NCBI GenBank assembly: GCA_005888465.1
Contig: VAYJ01000004.1
Location: 2,524 to 38,427 of the forward strand
DNA: 35,904 nucleotides
Reading direction: 5' to 3'
Source of the DNA: Actinomycetota bacterium
GTDB lineage: Bacteria > Actinomycetota > UBA4738
The notes below the pieces were generated by a model, which was not told the DNA's origin, did no database searches, and was given only the letters and a program-made list of their open reading frames with translations. A program made the position numbers and the translations under genes. Positions within the stretch are counted from its first letter, which is position 1. Each line of letters begins with the position of its first letter. This document shows, one piece after another, positions 34,141-35,904 of the stretch.

Positions 34141-35106
34141 TCAACTCTCGCGAAGGGCCGGCCAGACCTCGCGGACGAAGAGCTCGAAGCTGCGCTGCTT
34201 GCGCTGCCCGTCCGGGCGCAGGAAGAACGTGGTGTTCAGGCCCGCGGTCTCCCGCGCGAGGGCGCGGAATCGCGCCAGCACCTCGGCGGGGGTGCCGGCG
34301 ATCCCCGCGACCTCCATCAGCGCGTCGCTCACCAGCGCGCTGTGGGCGACGTGCGACTTTAGGTGCTGCGTGTAGTCGTAGCCCCGCGCGAGCGCGTCGA
34401 CGTCAGGGCGCAGGTGCTCCAGCTCGGGCGGAAAGTGCTCGGGGTAGTACACGAAGTTGAGCAGACGCCGGGCCACGCCGCCCCGCGCGTCGTCCACCGC
34501 CTCGCCCCGATCGTGCGAGACGGCGAAGCCGACGTAGATGAGCACCGGCAGGTCGCGCAGGCTCCGGCCGGGCTCGCGCGCCGCGACCTCGACCCGATCG
34601 AGGGTGCGCCGCAGGTCCTGGGGCGTGCCGATGCAGGGCACGATGATGCCGTCGGCCGCCTCACAGGCGTAGGCGGCCAGTCGCGGCCCGTTGGCCGCCA
34701 CGTAGATCGGGATGTCGGCCTTCCGCTCGCGGAACTTCGCGCGGCAGATGTCCACCGCCTCCCGCACCTCGGCGATGCGCGCGGGCTGGCGGCCGAGCGT
34801 GCGCACCGCGTTGTCGCCGGCGCCGAGGCCCAGGATGCCGCGCCCGCCCGACAGCTCGTGGATGGTCAGCATGGCCCCGGCCGTCACGCGCGGGTGACGG
34901 GTCACGGGGTTGGTCACACCCGGACCAATGCGGACGCGGCCCGTGTTCACGGCGAGCAGGGCCGCCGTGGCCCAGGGATCGGGGAAGACGTCCTGCCCGT
35001 CGATGACCCACACGTTCTCGCACCCCGCGGCCTCGGCAAGCTGGGCCATCTCGATGTACCGGGGATGCGGGATGTCCTGCATCAGGAACAGATCGCACTT
35101 GACCAT
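34141..35106 (-). CDS. LLM-class flavin/F420-dependent oxidoreductase (Mer-like)
   Basis: AEAAGCENVW, IGPGVTNPVTRHP, ELSGGRGILGLGAGD, PIYVAANGP, ADG. Start re-called at 35106. Confidence 0.9.
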   Translation of the reverse strand: MVKCDLFLMQDIPHPRYIEMAQLAEAAGCENVWVIDGQDVFPDPWATAALLAVNTGRVRIGPGVTNPVTRHPRVTAGAMLTIHELSGGRGILGLGAGDNAVRTLGRQPARIAEVREAVDICRAKFRERKADIPIYVAANGPRLAAYACEAADGIIVPCIGTPQDLRRTLDRVEVAAREPGRSLRDLPVLIYVGFAVSHDRGEAVDDARGGVARRLLNFVYYPEHFPPELEHLRPDVDALARGYDYTQHLKSHVAHSALVSDALMEVAGIAGTPAEVLARFRALARETAGLNTTFFLRPDGQRKQRSFELFVREVWPALRES

Positions 35107-35137
35107 GCCGCTACATATAGCACGGTGCGGGCGCGCC

Positions 35138-35166
35138 TTGACACGGTCGGAGGGGCCGGGTAGCGT
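35138..35166 (+). promoter_or_regulatory. Sigma70-like promoter TTGACA-N17-TAGCGT upstream of the GntR remnant
   Basis: Perfect -35 at 35138, 17-bp spacer, TAnnnT -10 at 35161. Direct repeats GTGTACCRGA at 35178 and 35191 follow. Confidence 0.6.
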
Positions 35167-35177
35167 CAGGCCCACCT

Positions 35178-35570
35178 GTGTACCGGAACGGTGTACCAGA
35201 CACGCCGACCACCTCGGGTCAGATCTTCGCGCGGCTCATGCGCGACATCCTCTCCGGCAGCCTGCGCCCGCGCGATCAGCTCAGCGAGCGTGAGGTCGTC
35301 CAGCGCTTCGGCGTCAGCCGCACGCCTGCCCGCGAGGCGATCACGGCCTCTTCGAGAAGGGCTTCCTCGCGCGAGGGACGCGCGGAGCCGCCGTGGTGCG
35401 AGACATCGACTGCGACGAGCTCCGCGAGCTCTACGCCCTCCCATCTCCACCTCGAGGGCTGAGCGGCCGGCCTCACTGTGAAGCACATCACGCCCACGGA
35501 GATCGCCCGTCTCCAGGAGATCAGTCGGCGGTTCGAGAAGGTGGTGGGCGAGGATCAGGTATGGGCCCAC
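35178..35570 (+). pseudogene. GntR (FadR/FCD-type) regulator, frameshifted and truncated
   Basis: DILSGSLRPRDQLSEREVVQRFGVSRTPAREAI, then a frameshift to LFEKGFL...ELRELYAL, a shift back to LHLEG* AAGLTVKHITPTEIARLQEI. Similarity is lost before the palindrome at 35593. Confidence 0.88.
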
Positions 35571-35592
35571 TCCGTTCAGGACTGCTCCGATG

Positions 35593-35618
35593 TGTTCGTA
35601 ACCGGTCGGTTGCGAACA
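35593..35618. repeat. 26-bp imperfect palindrome, copy 3 (TGTTCGTAACCG-GT-CGGTTGCGAACA)
   Basis: Read directly; same orientation as copies 1 and 2. Confidence 0.9.
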
Positions 35619-35829
35619 GCTAGAGATATTCAGCTACGTGGTCTCTCCGAGAATCGGCGCTAGTAGCCAGTAGTCGGCCGGTTGAAGCGCCAATCAGACA
35701 GCCTTTCGAGATGCCACATCGAGGACGAAGAGTCCGAGACGACGGCACTGAGTTCACGCCCTAGGCCAGCCGGATCGCGAGGATTATTCACATTCTTCCT
35801 AACTCCTGAAAAGGGGGGACGTTAAAGGC

Positions 35830-35904
35830 TCAGCCCGCCTCCATGAACTCCAGCCCCAGGATCGCGTCGGCGAACTCGCTGGCGTCGATGCCGGCGATGT
35901 CGGA
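35830..35904 (-). CDS. 3' end of a gene entering from beyond the window (...SDIAGIDASEFADAILGLEFMEAG*)
   Basis: Open frame from the window edge to TGA at 35830 with host-like GC3 codons; too short to assign a function. Confidence 0.6.
   Translation of the reverse strand, partial: SDIAGIDASEFADAILGLEFMEAG

Noticed and set aside
1082-35618. The three palindromes as CRISPR repeats or intrinsic terminators
   Set aside because: They are 13-21 kb apart with no cas genes, have no U tracts, and are not directly behind stop codons.

Overview
High-GC bacterial DNA made up almost entirely of catabolic and transport genes, probably for N-heterocycles or amino-acid derivatives. Block 1 (~1.3-21.6 kb) starts with a Rieske oxygenase alpha subunit, a divergent NicX/M29-fold gene and an NMT1/TauABC-type ABC transporter. 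An orphan xanthine-dehydrogenase-family Mo subunit lies divergent from a signal-less NMT1-fold protein and a clear 2,5-dihydroxypyridine dioxygenase (NicX) homologue. Eroded nitrilase-family and LLM pseudogenes follow. A minus-strand operon then encodes hydantoinase/oxoprolinase A and B, a class-III aminotransferase and a Liv-type ABC system. That operon carries two lesions: a deletion that fuses hyuA in frame to hyuB, and a 587-bp tandem duplication that creates an in-frame SBP/aminotransferase chimera. An IS1380-family remnant sits just upstream of it. Block 2 (~22.3-35.6 kb) has an IclR regulator, a three-subunit Mo hydroxylase, an LLM oxidoreductase, a MoaD/ThiS-like protein, a HapK/RedY-like protein, a Dpp-type ABC system, a second LLM and a broken GntR gene. 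The main unexplained signal is a 26-bp imperfect palindrome, TGTTCGTAACCG-NN-CGGTTGYGAACA. It occurs three times in the same orientation (1082, 22136, 35593), at the edges of the two blocks, and its 12+2+12 layout resembles small serine-recombinase crossover sites. All calls are by eye from motifs; no database searches were run.
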